Shown piece after piece: positions 28,160-42,210 of a DNA stretch of 64,000 nt (position 1 is its first letter; every line of letters begins with the position of its first letter). Source of the stretch: Eledone cirrhosa (taxonomy: Eukaryota); NCBI GenBank assembly GCA_964016885.1, contig OZ024742.1:281294001-281358000 (forward strand). The letters run 5' to 3'. The position numbers and the translations under genes are program-made. The notes under the pieces are model-generated. The model worked only from the letters and a program-made list of their open reading frames with translations, searched no databases and was not told the DNA's origin.

Positions 28160-28272
28160 TTTCAAATCCCGCTGAGGTTAACTTTGCCTTTCATCCTTAC
28201 GGGGTCGATAAAATAAAATACCAGTAATGCACTGGGTAATTGCTGGCCTTGTGCCAAACGGAGAAACAATTA
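28160..28272 (+). mobile_element. tRNA-derived SINE, 3' half
   Basis: TTCAAATCCCGCTGAGGTTAACTTTGCCTTTCATCCTTACGGGGTCGATAAAATAAAATACCAG. Confidence 0.88.
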
Positions 28273-28820
28273 TACTTATTTCAAAGGTGTCAGTGTGGTT
28301 ATATAATAACATCCTGATGGTGTAATATCTATTTTTCCTATCCATTGATATGTTACTGGTTTCTCGTGGTGCTTACATCACTGACCAGTACACATAAGCA
28401 TATGTTTGTTATTCTACCAGTTGTATGTGGTAAGGGAGACTATATTTTTGCTGGCATCCTGTGACTGCAAGCGGGTTGCGGTATCAAATAACCAGAGGAT
28501 CATTTCATCATCTGAATAATATATATGTATGTGTGTGTTGGGGGGGGGGGGGGTATGTGTGTGTCTCTGTGTGTGTAAGTGTGTGTGTGTTTGTATTTTA
28601 TAAAAGTGTAAGGAATTGAAACGCAGCAATAGCTGTAAAACAACCAGCTGATTTAAATGATCATAGCAAAGAATCGAATTATCAAAAGGTCAAGAAGAAG
28701 AAGAAGAAGAAGAAGAAGAAGAAGAAGAAGAAGAAGAAGAAGAAGAAGAAGAAGAAGAAGATGGGGGAGGAGAAGGAGACGAATGTATATATATGTATAT
28801 ATGTATATATGTATATATGA

Positions 28821-28855
<35 letters not shown>

Positions 28856-29474
28856 TGTATATATATATATGAATGTATATATATGTATATATATGAATGT
28901 ATATATATGTATATATATAAATAAATATACACGGGTGTGTATGATTGTGTATAGAAGATTATATTAATAAAAGGAATTCCAACTTTGTCCGATTTACTGG
29001 TTTTATTTACAATCCTTTAAAATTATAATGGTATTAGAATGAAATAGTATGGTAGAATATTAAATGTTAAGTGTTAATTGTACAAGTACTTTCATGCTTT
29101 CGCAATCTTCAGGTTCATATTCTGTGGTGACAGCCAAGTTTGCAACTTTCAACTGTTGAAATTTGCAAACTTGACTGTCACCACAAATTAGTACCATATA
29201 ACAACCACTATTATAGACACCATATATATTTCCGTGGGTACTTAGTACCTACTGGAATATCTATATCATTTATCTGAATTCTCCTTAACGTAGAGAAAAA
29301 AATATTGTATCATGCTGCTATTTCTAGCAACATGAAATATGAACGAGTCTATAATTCTCGCGTTTTCTAACGGTCCAATAAGTGTGTGGGTCATTTTAAC
29401 GGCTTGATTCATTCACCGGGCAGAAAGCGATACATCTACATCTACGTGGATTTATGTCTAGTAGGTTTGGAAAA

Positions 29475-29554
29475 GCTGTCTGAAGAGCTATATCTTTCCA
29501 TTGGAAATTCTCTGAAATTCCAATCTTTTGATAAGCGAAACCGTCGGTCATGGC
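29475..29554 (+). ncRNA. Type I hammerhead ribozyme, canonical core, GUC site
   Basis: GCTGT-CTGAAGA-GCT..ATTGGAA/TTCCAAT..AGC-GAAA-CC-GTC-GG-TC-ATGGC. Confidence 0.85.
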
Positions 29555-29686
29555 ATTAGAAGAGGTAAATATTTAAATCGTATTTTAATTTATTTAAAAG
29601 ATTGTTTAATGTTTAATTGTTCCGCTCATATATATATATATATAAATATATATATATTTATATATATAAATATATGTGTGTGTCTG

Positions 29687-29730
<44 letters not shown>

Positions 29731-30631
29731 CAGACACAGAGAGAGGAGGGAGAGGGAGAGAGTCATAACATATGCAATTTAAGCCTTGCGATGCTCAGGT
29801 TTGAACAGATTCCTGTTTCTTTCGAGAAGGAGACATTGAGTGGGAGGGAGTGGTAAAGAAATATAGCAGACGAAACGACCCCAGTATTGGACTGGGGAAC
29901 ATAATGGCTTCAAACGGGTGGAAGGCAAAATTTACCTCGACAACATTTGAAATCAGAGAGCCCAGAAATTGGGGCCGAATACCGCAATACCTTCTTCCCG
30001 ACGATCTAACGATTCTGCCAGTTCGTTAGAATAGTATATGAATAGATATTTACACATGTCAAATGCATATATATAAGTGAGTTTATTTCGGAGCTCATCA
30101 AAACTAATTATACTTATTGCACTCTGTATTTATTTTGCCAAACAAAGAGGCACATCAACAATTCACTCATCCTTACAATTCTCGCGAACAAGATTATATA
30201 ACAAAAAAAAGCTGTATTAATTGACTGAAACCAACACCAGGACCGAATAGTATTACAAACCATCGTTGTAAATATTCTTTGAACATTGTTTCACAAAGTT
30301 CGTTCGTTATTGGAAATCTTCCAAGAACTTTGGGAAACTTCCAACCATCTCACCTATTCAGGTGTGGAGAAGCAGAACAGAACTAGGCAATTATAAGCCC
30401 ATAGCTTTCACCTCCTATATTACAAATAATCCGTGCGTAAATTGTTAGGTAACTGAAGAAAGTAAAACAACTTCGTCAATCGTTTTTATATAACACGGTG
30501 TTTTTATGAAGATAGTTTTAGCACATTACTAACGTGTATCAATTAGAATTATTGACGTATATATTTTTTTTCTGTAATTGAAGCATTTCGTTTCAATTTA
30601 ATCTGATTTTCATCGTTGACGTTATCTACAG

Positions 30632-30672
30632 GTCGCAACGCTGGCGAGAGGAAGCGAAATTTCAATTCAGAA
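30632..30672 (+). CDS. Candidate internal exon (G)RNAGERKRNFNSE
   Basis: Acceptor TATCTACAG|, donor GAA|GTTTGT, phase 1 to phase 0. Confidence 0.3.
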
Positions 30673-31626
30673 GTTTGTTTTGTGATTTAAACCCTTGATT
30701 GTATTTCCCTTTGATTTTTCAATGTTTTTATGTTTTTAGATAAAGACAAAAATGATATTAGCCGAACGTTGGTTTGAATAAATGAAACTGTGTTTCCATT
30801 GGTCTTTTAATTGCTGAGAAAATCAGCCGATTGCGGCTCTCGGCTGAAAAGTGTCGTATTTTCCGGTAACAGCATGGAAAATTTGAATTCAGAACGCCAC
30901 GAAGCTGGAACAGAAATAAAAAAAATCCCGTCTGACTCTAGCATATCCACCAATCCACCCCACCCCCCGTATTGGTACTGTGTTTATCCACCACGAAAGG
31001 ATGAAAAGCAAATTTAACAACAGTGGAATTTGAACTCAGAATGCAGTGAGACAGAACAAATACTCAGTCAAGATGCAGCCTTTTACACAAATTTGACCAT
31101 AAAAATATATATGACACCTTGAGAAATACCTTGGTCTTCTGATATATCAAAAACTAACATGGCAGATTACAATATAACATCATTCAAATCTACAGCTATA
31201 TCGTAAAACATATATAATCTGTTATCGTCACATTTTATTTTGTGAAGCAACCGCTTTTTTGTCGTACCAGAATTGTCACTGACAGAATTCAATTGCAGCT
31301 GTTTGAAAGTTTAATCACTAGTGAGCAATTACCGACTTTAAGTATTCCCCATCCTTTAAAAAAAATCATTATTGAACCTATGTAATAGAATTGTGTCAAC
31401 TGCTAAATATTCGCATAAACGATTGCTTTGCTCAGAATGGAATGCTAAGACAGAAACACAGCCAACATTCTCTCCCATACTTTCGGAAAAAAAAAATGAG
31501 GATAAAATTAGTTATTGACAGATATATTTTTATCTTATAGCACAATTATTTATATTTGGATTCTTTAAATTCTCTTTTTATTCAACAATAATTTACCTAT
31601 AAATGAATAGCAGATATTACGATAAC

Positions 31627-31820
31627 ACACCTGCCAACCTCGAAAAACCTAAACGGGGAGTACCTTGAAAAAAGTGCCCCCAAAACGGGGAGAAATGAGG
31701 CAAAAATGGGGAGATTTCCCATAATCAGAGCTATACCCATTTTCACAGGAGAAGACATCTCGCACCCACCTCAATGTGGGTGGGAGATCTCCCTGTCGAG
31801 GGGGAGAGTTGACACGTTTG
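31627..31820. mobile_element. MITE-like DNA transposon remnant
   Basis: Imperfect TIR ACACCTGCCAACCTC / GAGAGTTGACACGTTT and repeated AAAYGGGGAG subterminal motifs. Confidence 0.45.
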
Positions 31821-31942
31821 CGATAACGCATTTTCAAAGTCAAAGCGGAGTACATGACTGGTCGGGAATGCTGTTTACATATTCTTATTCCGTGAATTGG
31901 CAAAAACATTAGAGCAAATGTTATTGCATTATTTGTTCTGCT

Positions 31943-32135
31943 AAGGGCGGTGGATTGGCAGTATCGGGAGAGAGTCGGACACCATGCTTTGAAGCATAGA
32001 GTTACATCCCTTATGATCTGAGTTCAAATCCCGCCGAGGTTAACTTTGCCTTTCATCCTTATGAGGTCGATAAAATAAAGTACCAGTAATGTACTGGGTA
32101 ATTGCTAGCCTTGTGCCTAAAATAGAAACAATTAT
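31943..32135 (+). mobile_element. Full-length tRNA-derived SINE (older relative follows at about 32145-32295)
   Basis: A box TGGCAGTATCGG, B box GAGTTCAAATCC, same core and tail as other copies. Confidence 0.92.
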
Positions 32136-32389
32136 TTGTTCTGCTTTTTTTACATTCTGAGCTCAAATTGAGCCGAGGCCAAAATTACCCTTCCTTCTTC
32201 TGGAGTAGATAAACTAAAATACCAGTAAAATACTGAGGTTGATATGTAATCGGTTTTCAATGCCCAGAAATTGCTACCCGTGTGTCTAACTTCGATTATA
32301 TATATTTCTTTTTTCGTTTAATTGTACTTTAGCAGTTAGCAGTTGTGGCCAAAGATTTGCTTTTAACATTGCGTGGTGTCTTTCTACAG

Positions 32390-32453
32390 ATCATTGACAA
32401 GGTTAATGATTTGGACGTGGCAGAAGAACACATCAAAGAGGATATCATTCATG
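32390..32453 (+). CDS. Candidate internal exon IIDKVNDLDVAEEHIKEDIIH
   Basis: Acceptor GTCTTTCTACAG|, donor ATG|GTATTT, protein-like composition, phase 0 to phase 1. Confidence 0.45.
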
Positions 32454-32575
32454 GTATTTCACAAACGTTTGATCGTATTATATTGATGAACACTAACATA
32501 CCAACGCATACATACACTTATCCACAGATGCACACATGTATATATATATATATAAATACAGCTACACACATACAC

Positions 32576-32637
<62 letters not shown>

Positions 32638-32647
32638 ATATATATAA

Positions 32648-32683
<36 letters not shown>

Positions 32684-32788
32684 ATATAAATATATATATG
32701 CATATATATATATGTATGTGTGTGTTTATATTCATATGTATGTACGTAAGTATGTATGCATGTATATATGCATGTAAATATACATGTA

Positions 32789-32887
<99 letters not shown>

Positions 32888-34206
32888 ATGTGCATAACAC
32901 GAAGTTAATCGCACTTTGTACAGTGGAAAAATATCTGGTTGGAATATAGAGTGTATGCGGATACACGGTATTTGATATAAGTGAAATTAAGTCGTAAAAT
33001 GGAATTCTCTTTCAAATGTTTTTTATATTTCTACAAATATTTGCGTATTTTCGATAAAAATTCCTAGACCGTCTAACGGAAGCTTCATAAATAATCGAAA
33101 TATTTCTCATGTAAATTATTTCTCCTCATTGAAGTGGTTGATAATTCGACTCGACTTATATTTTCTAATGTTTCAGTAAAAATTCTTATACATGCATATA
33201 TATAAACTTGACACTTGCATATATATAAACTTAACACTTGACACTTTTAAAAATAAATATGTTTTATATATATATATATATATATATAAAACACTTATGT
33301 TAAACAAATGTCTAGTTTCTTTGATTTGTGAAATATTCCCAAAATATAGTAAGCGTTGTTGGTTTATTGGGCTCTTTGATTGATTTCTGCAACTTCTCTT
33401 ATTTTGAGATATATCAAATTCATATCTGGCTGAATCTAAACGTGTTTCAGTTTGTCAACATGGTAATAAAGGAGACCTTAATTCACATGAAAATTAACTG
33501 TATATTTACATTTCATCTTTTCCGGAGGCAAGTTGTAGGATGGACATGACTTATTGGATAGGGCGTCCGGTTACCAATCGCAAGGCTGCACATTTGAATG
33601 TGATCGAGGCGTTGTGTCAGTGAGCAAGACCCTACATCTCACGTTGCGCCAGAACAAATGTGTTGTACCTATAAATAAAGTGCTACCCTCCTCACATCAT
33701 GTCTCAGGCTGAAACTCCTTTAAATCGAACTGTTTGTTGAATGATCAGGAACATGCGCATTAAATTTACAGGCAGGCTGTTCCTTTGTTCTTTTGTTGAA
33801 CGAACGTTATTTATTTGTCCATCAGCTGAACGACTTCTTGTGTTTACTAGTTTTCAAAGAATTTAAGAATGCTGGTATTCTTAAATTCTCTTGCCTATTT
33901 CAGTTCAGGCTGGCAGTGGCCGGCTACTCATACTGATGTTGGGGTGGTGTTCTCGGGTGAAGAATATCAGGGTCTCATGGACTCAATATTGTGTGAAATA
34001 ATTATGTAGGATGGAACCTTTACTGTGCAAATAAGGTGATATATGTGGAGTGGTGTAAATGCTGGATGGTTAAGGAAGACCTCTTAGAAACACCATCACT
34101 GCAGGTCAATTAAGAATGCCAGCATTTCAGACAGGAATACAAAGATTGATATGTTTAGAAACAATTACTTCCACAGTCAACTCTAAGGTCACTCAATCAA
34201 CTAAAC

Positions 34207-34620
34207 CAAGGGTTCTCAACGGGGGGAGGGGTTGGAGCGTCAGGGGGCGTTTGGGAGCAAGGGGGCGTTAGGGGACGTTTGAAACTTGGGGGAGGGGGCT
34301 AGGGCGGCACCGGAAGGCTATTTACGTAGGTAAGCTTTCTAAGCCATATGTGTACGTCTCTGAAACAGCCAGTGTGAATGCATTTGAATGAAGAAAACGA
34401 AGAAAATAAATAAAAGAAGCTTGTCAACGAATTCCCGAGGGAGATAAAAGAAAATCGAAAGAAGTCAAAGAAAATGAAAATTGCTAATAGAAGTGTCTTG
34501 CTCTAACATCTAAGCCACGCGCCTCCATACACAAATGAGAAATTTACTTAAAATTTATTATTTATTTATTTAGGTCAAAACTTTCGTCATGCTATTAACG
34601 ACAAGGTCACAAAGAGGGCA
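34207..34620 (+). mobile_element. hAT-like transposon left end
   Basis: CAAGGGTTCTCAAC resembles the Charlie-type TIR CAGGGGTTCTCAAC; G-rich subterminal repeats AGGGGGCGTT; no right TIR found. Confidence 0.45.
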
Positions 34621-34830
34621 ATAATTGTTTCTACTTTAGGCACAAGGCCAGCAATAACCCAGTGCATTACTGGTACTTTATTTTATCGACCCCGTAAGGA
34701 TGAAAGGCAAAGTCAACCTCGGCGGGATTTGAACTCAGATCGTAAAGGGACGTAACTAGGCTGGAAAGCATGGCGTCCGACCCTCTACCGATACTGCCAA
34801 TCCCCTCTACCGATACTGCCAATCCACCGT
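34621..34830 (-). mobile_element. Full-length tRNA-derived SINE with a 22-bp internal duplication of the A-box region
   Basis: CCCTCTACCGATACTGCCAATC occurs twice; B box and core intact. Confidence 0.92.
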
Positions 34831-34889
34831 CCACAAAGAGGGCAATAATGACAGAAATCAGGTGGCAATCAGTCCCACTAGTATTTTGA

Positions 34890-34970
34890 TGATTAGAAAT
34901 AAATGATAATTAGAAATAAAGGTGATTAGAAATAAATGATGATTAGAAATAAATGATGATTAGAAATAAT
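34890..34970. repeat. 17-bp tandem repeat GATTAGAAATAAATGAT, about 4.5 copies
   Basis: Direct reading. Confidence 0.85.
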
Positions 34971-35183
34971 GGCTAAAATAACATTTTCCTCGGCAAAGTT
35001 GTTACATTGATATGGAAATTAAAAAATGCGTTTTTATACTTTTTCATAAATGGAATTAACAAGGATTCGAGCGTTTACCACATGGTATCACATGAAAATA
35101 TAATGAATTAGTTCTTTCATTAAACATTATGAAAGACAATATCATCTTCGACAGGAATAAAGAAGACATGAGGCATATAATAC

Positions 35184-35280
<97 letters not shown>

Positions 35281-35281
35281 G

Positions 35282-35358
<77 letters not shown>

Positions 35359-35772
35359 GCACGCTCACACGCACGCACACACACACACACACACACACAC
35401 ATACATCAATCTATCTATATATATATTGCTAATATTCGAAAAACTCAGATTACATTTATTGTATTCAGCCATGTAGAGTGATAAACTATTTGTTACATAC
35501 ACACACACACACACACACACCTATATGTATATATATGAAAGTAAATGTTTCTTCGTGTATGTACATAAGTATACATAAGAAGGAATAGATAAAAAAGTAT
35601 GTAAATATTTATGTATCTATATTCATACATAAACCCACAGATACTCACATTTGCACACACACACACAAACACATACCCACGCACTATATATATCTACTCA
35701 TTTAAAAACAACAGAAAGCCGGAAAAATTCTTCAACGTTTTAATTTTGCGAAAACAACATAACATAAATCAT

Positions 35773-35815
<43 letters not shown>

Positions 35816-36148
35816 TATATATATATACACAAGCACGCACACACAAACACACACACACATACATAGATATATACAAGAGTGTATGTGAATGTGAAAATGT
35901 GAGAGTGTACGAGTGTGTTTGACATCAAGAGTTGTATGAAACATTATAATATTGTAGTGGAAAAAATATATTTTATCATACCGGGGCCGAAATACATATG
36001 TATACAAGTACAGCATTCGCTTACAAATCTCAGATTATATCTCACATGTTATCACATCTAACATTCAGTAAAATGTAGTAAAATAATATTTTTATCTGAA
36101 TCGAGGTATAATGTAATTTAAGCAATATTACATATATATATATGTGTG

Positions 36149-36213
<65 letters not shown>

Positions 36214-36218
36214 GTATG

Positions 36219-36250
<32 letters not shown>

Positions 36251-36258
36251 TATAAATG

Positions 36259-36295
<37 letters not shown>

Positions 36296-36300
36296 GTATG

Positions 36301-36337
<37 letters not shown>

Positions 36338-36342
36338 GTATG

Positions 36343-36391
<49 letters not shown>

Positions 36392-36984
36392 ATGTTTACA
36401 TATTTATATATATATATATATATATGTATGTTTATGTGTGTATATGTGTGTATGAGCGATTGTGCTTATTCACACGTATATACGAACACTTACAAACACA
36501 AAAATCTCACTCTCATTCTGATACAGTCAGACACACACACTGACACACACACGCACGCACGCACACACGCCACGCACACACACACACACATACACATACA
36601 TATATAGGTGTATTTATTAATCTAGATCGTTACGTAGTGGAAAAAATTTTAAAGTAAAAATATAGACTTTAAAATGAGCACCACTATCTACATGACTGCT
36701 TAATGTAATTGAACATATCTATAACTATCTGCATTTTACAATGGGAATCAAACTTTCTTTTATAAATTCACACACATGCTCTCTTACGCAAACAGACGCA
36801 CTCATACACTCTTTACCACACACACATATACACATTAGGGAAAAAAGCATAATGTTAAAGGAAAATATCTACGATTACTCAATATTCACTCATCAACATA
36901 TCTTTCGGTATACCTACATATTTCCATATATGCTTATATACCGATGTAAGTATGTATATAAATATATATATATATGTATATATA

Positions 36985-37101
<117 letters not shown>

Positions 37102-37207
37102 GTATGGATGTATATATATATATATATATATATAAATATGTGTGTGTGTGTATGGGTGTGTGTGGCACTATGTTTTCATATATGATATATAATATATGTG
37201 TATATGC

Positions 37208-37264
<57 letters not shown>

Positions 37265-37973
37265 ATATAGACGTATATATAAAAATAGTGTGTATGAAGA
37301 TGTATATACTTATGTATGTCTGTCTGTAGAAGCATCACACACACACAGCAGACATACGACTTCCCTATATGTCATCTATATTATATATAACATGTACGAA
37401 ATTATACAGAAACATATTTTCGAAATTTTATTCAAATAGCAGGTCATATCTCATTTGTTATATGTATGTTAACTGAAATTCTGTAAAGTTTCTTGAAAAA
37501 TGATATATTGTATATTAATATGGAAACTAAATCGGTTATACACCTATATCTATGTATCTTGACACACACACACAGATATATATATATGTATATATATATT
37601 ATCACTATATATATATGCATATATATATATATATATGTGTGTGTGTACGTGTGTGTGTGTGAGTATGTTTGTGTGTGTTTGAGTGTGTGTGTGTATGTGT
37701 GTGTGTGTGTGTGTGTTTGTGTGTGTATGTATTTACGAATGTGCCGTCATATTATCATATATATCATTTCTTAAATAATGTTTGACCTGCAGTAAAACCT
37801 AGTGAAAATTGCCATTTTTGTTATTAAAACATATATATATATTGCACAGGTGCACGCACGTACAAACTATTACACATATAAACATATATAAGTGTGTGTC
37901 TGTGCGCATGTTTTTGTTTATATATATGTTTGTAATAAAATAATATACACACATATACATATATATATATGTG

Positions 37974-38024
<51 letters not shown>

Positions 38025-38065
38025 TCATATTTATTCATACTTCAAAAGCATTCTAATAAATGGTG

Positions 38066-38112
<47 letters not shown>

Positions 38113-38115
<3 letters not shown>

Positions 38116-40447
38116 AAAGTTTTATTTAAGATTGTTGGGTTACAACGAGTAAATATTTTATAACTGATATAAAAGCACTCGACAGTTTCTGGAGTAGGTT
38201 TACGTATCTCTAGAATCTCTTCCAATAAAAATATTTTTGACGAAAAAGCCCAATATTATAATGATGCTTTAGCTAGAGCAGGATATAGTGATAAAATTAT
38301 GTACATCGATAATAGACAAACTAACCAAAATAACAACAATTTTAATTACAGTAACAACTTTAACAACTATAATAGAAAGCACTACAATAATTTCAAAAAT
38401 CAGAAAAGAAATAGAACTAGAAATATAATATGGTTTGCCCCCCCTTTCTCACTAAACATTAAAACCCACATCGCTAAACTATTTTTTAATGCTCTTGACA
38501 AACGCTTCCCTAGAACACATAAGTATCACTCAATTTTTAATAGACATACTATAAAATTAACGTACTCGTCCACCAAAAATTTAGCACAAAATATTAATAG
38601 AATAAATAATAGGAATCTAAAACCTAGCCAAAATACCGAAAATAGCCTAAACAATATTCAACTAAAAAACTGTAACTGTAGAGATAGATCTAAATGTCCG
38701 CTAAATAACAATTGCTTAGTTAAAAATATAATATACAACAAAATGTTAGAACTGATTTAAATTCTTTTAATTATGTTGGTTCCACCTCGACAGAATTTAA
38801 ACTTCGCTATAATAATCACAAAAATTCTTTCACGGATCCAAATAAAAAATCATCAACATCGCTGTCAGGGCTTCTCTGGCAACTTAAGCATGATAAAGTT
38901 GGATATTCGATGGTTTGGAATATAGTCTCAAAAGGGATTCCTTTTAATTCCTCTTCTGAGACTTGTGACCTCTGCGCGGAGGAGATATTCTTTATATTAA
39001 AATCTAAAAATTCCCTTAATTTACGAACCAATTTATTCAGCTGTTGCAGACATAGATTGAACTCAACATTTAAATATAAATATAAATTTAAAATGTAGTA
39101 TAAAATGTAGTATATTTACTTAAGATATTTGACTATTTGTGATACTTGGCGATAAATATTTCGATTCCTTTAATTTTTTTTTTTTTTTTTAAACCTTTCC
39201 GCATGAATATATAATTAATGAGATTAAATAAAGTACCCTAAAATTGGCGTTGGTCCCAATCTTTTGAATAAATGTTTAAGCTGGATAAACTTCTATAATA
39301 AATATAAGAGCATTTGTAGAATAAGTTTTGAATGATTTCTGATAAATAAGGCTTGGTGAGCAATTTTGGTCCTGTTTGCTTTGACTCTGATTCTATGACC
39401 GATATGCGTGGCATACTATGTTCTCTTGCGTCCCTAGATACTCTGTGGAGTGACGAAGATATTCTTGGCGTTTTTAATTTTAATATTGATATCTGTTGTC
39501 TACTCTATGCTTGATCGATGATTGTTTTAGAGGTTAATGTATATCTTATATGTTTTGTGTCTATATATATGTATATATGTATGTAAATGTATGTAGGGTG
39601 GAATCTCTTCTAACGCATTGAAGTTTTTCTTTTCTGACACATTGAAGTTTTTCATGAAATATAAGAATCAGTGCAGCGTATCACCTAGGTTCACATGTGC
39701 GTCTTTATTTATCAACTTGAATTTGAGATAACCTTCTCTTTTCTCATTTTTCACGAGAATGCATATATACTTATGTTTGAAGTTTTGTCTCAGATTTTGC
39801 TTATAGACCTAAGAATTTTTAAACTGAGCATGTGGTCATTTTTTTTACACATTATAGATATGTGTCTCATTCATGAATACTGGTATTTACATTATAGTGC
39901 CTAATTCATAAAAATTGATAATTCAAATGGATGAGACATAATATATTTTTAATATATTTTAAATATATCATCTTTCTTTCTTTTTCTCCTATACACTAAT
40001 CTAACTGTATCCCTTCCCTTAACCTCTCACATATACGATGATCATCTGTCAAAATGCAGCCTACTATGTTTTTTTTTTCACCATCAATGTATTTCTCTCT
40101 ATCCTTGTCTCTCTATCTCGCTCCGTTGTTTTTCTTTACATACATCTCTTTTCTCTTTGCATACATCTCTTCATCTTCTTCTTTTTTATTTACATACATC
40201 TCTTCACCTTCTTCTTCTCATCTTCGTTTTCTTTCTATATAACTATCATAACAGTTTCACTACCAAATCAACTTTTTTAAAAGGAAGTTGCATTCTCAAA
40301 AGGTATGTCACTAATTATTTATAAAACAGCTTATGTATTGTATTTTGTCTGAGGAAGGCATAACATATTTTTAATATGATATCCCAGAAATATATATAAC
40401 GAAATAAATATGGTTTTATAAATATAGTTTCCATTTGTTTAATATCG

Positions 40448-40450
<3 letters not shown>
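38113..40450 (+). mobile_element. 5'-truncated Naiad-type PLE with inverted tail (38113-38197), endonuclease pseudo-ORF (38199-39098), long 3' region and HHR
   Basis: LRISRISSN..YYNDAL..IIWFAPPFS..CNCRDRSKCPLNNNC..YVGSTSTEFKLRYNNH..CDLCAEE..CRHR, one frameshift near 38740. Confidence 0.9.
40341..40406 (+). ncRNA. Type I hammerhead ribozyme, AUA site
   Basis: TATTTTGT-CTGAGGA-stem II CATATT/AATATG-GAAA-T-ATAT-A-TA-ACGAAATA. Confidence 0.75.
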
Positions 40451-40482
<32 letters not shown>

Positions 40483-40718
40483 GTATGTGTGCGCGCGTGT
40501 GTGTGTATAAATGGTGATATGCTTTCATTCAAATATCCACGTAAATATGTCAGCTTTCAAATTGTAGTCAAAGTAGAGGGTAGAAATGACATTATTCACT
40601 AGGTTTTCTTCATATAGCTATGGATATAATTATTTCCATCCAGGTAATTCAACTGACCTTAATCAAACCTCTGCCTTTGACACACCTATGACCACGATGG
40701 TCGCTTCATTTTGTTCAG

Positions 40719-40759
40719 ATTCATCTCGATCCCTGCTACCTCACCGTTGTTTTGTGTAG
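40719..40759 (+). CDS. Candidate terminal coding exon (D)SSRSLLPHRCFV*
   Basis: Acceptor CATTTTGTTCAG|, phase 1, followed by AT-rich unique sequence with AATAAA near 41117. Confidence 0.3.
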
Positions 40760-41439
40760 AACTTCTTCTGCTTGCCTTTGTAATGCTTAAGTTTACATGA
40801 GATGTTTGCAAGTAAATTAACCTAAATGTACTACATGTATATGCTTTTACATTGGTTACTCAATAGTATTATTTTATTCTTTGACATTGTAATTATGTCA
40901 ATCCTCAGTTTTTCTCAGTACGATCTTTCCGATGACAAAAATCTATTTTTACTGATTCAGTGGATTTGTAACATTAACAATTGAGATTTTAAAAGTATGT
41001 TTTGAACACTCGTCAGACTTTTACTGTAATTTCATTAAATTTGAAATAGCGTTTGGCCGTGTGTGGATTTAGGCACGCTGGATTACTACAAGATAAATTG
41101 AAACAAGTGTGCAAAGAATAAATGTTATAAAGTCTTTGTATGAACATTCAAATATATGGGGTTACAATTGGAATGTAACCAATTTACAGTTATGCAAGTC
41201 AGTATCTTACACCAATATTCCCATGATTGCATTGGTTTGAAGAAGCTCAGAGCTTATTCCAGTTTTATGAGCGTTAAGCGACTGTGAGTACAAAAACTCG
41301 GCTGAGTTAATTGGAATAACGTGAAAATAAATGCATTACTTTAGCACATAAGGTGTCACCAATCTGGAATTTTAACCCATATTCTCATGATTAGGAACTT
41401 AGCAATCTAACTACTCGCGCACATTTCAGGAACTTGTTT

Positions 41440-41900
41440 AAAACAACAGTTCGTATTAGACAATGGTGTGTTTTGTTTCATGATGCATTGTCAGTGCTTT
41501 TCCAGAACACACAATGATGAAAGCCCTTGAGAGTTTTGAAGCAAATGTTAACGTAAGAGGTAGAGATCTCAGTAATCCCTTTTTTGCCGATGATATTGAT
41601 TTAACAGGGCAAAATGTAGAACGACATGTATTCATGTAATTGTAAAAGGATACAGAATGAAAAGAAGTGCTAAACAAATTGAAATAAGGATAACAAGTAA
41701 AATCACAAGAGCAAAGGGTAAATCCAATTTAAATGGCCAAGAAGATACTCAAACAAGTTGAATATTCGGCAAGACTAATAACAGAAGATGTACAATCACC
41801 TGAAGAAGTATGAAGTCAGTTTAGAACATTCCAGTAGCTACTTTGGTCTTAGAAAAACACGAACCTGTTTGGCAAAATATTGATTTCTAATTTAGGTAAA
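41440..41900 (+). mobile_element. Ancient RTE-like LINE reverse transcriptase remnant
   Basis: TVRIRQWCVL (cf. GVRQGCVL) and NVRGRDLSNPFFADDIDL (cf. INNLRFADDIDL). Confidence 0.65.
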
Positions 41901-42122
41901 AATTCAGACAGTCTAATACTTTATTTTATCCCTGGAATGTAACGACCCAGAGAAAATACTGCCTTGCCACTCGTTTCTACCCAGCTACACTCATCAAAAG
42001 GGAAAAAGTCATATTTATCGTTATTAAATATAACTGGATGATGTGAGCAATGAGCTTTGCAAGACATAGTACACCAAATATTGACGTAAACGTATGCAAT
42101 GTTATTTTCAATTCAAATGCAG

Positions 42123-42207
<85 letters not shown>

Positions 42208-42210
<3 letters not shown>

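Noticed and set aside
31943-32135. tRNA genes
   Set aside because: A and B boxes belong to dispersed SINE copies with extended spacing and no cloverleaf.
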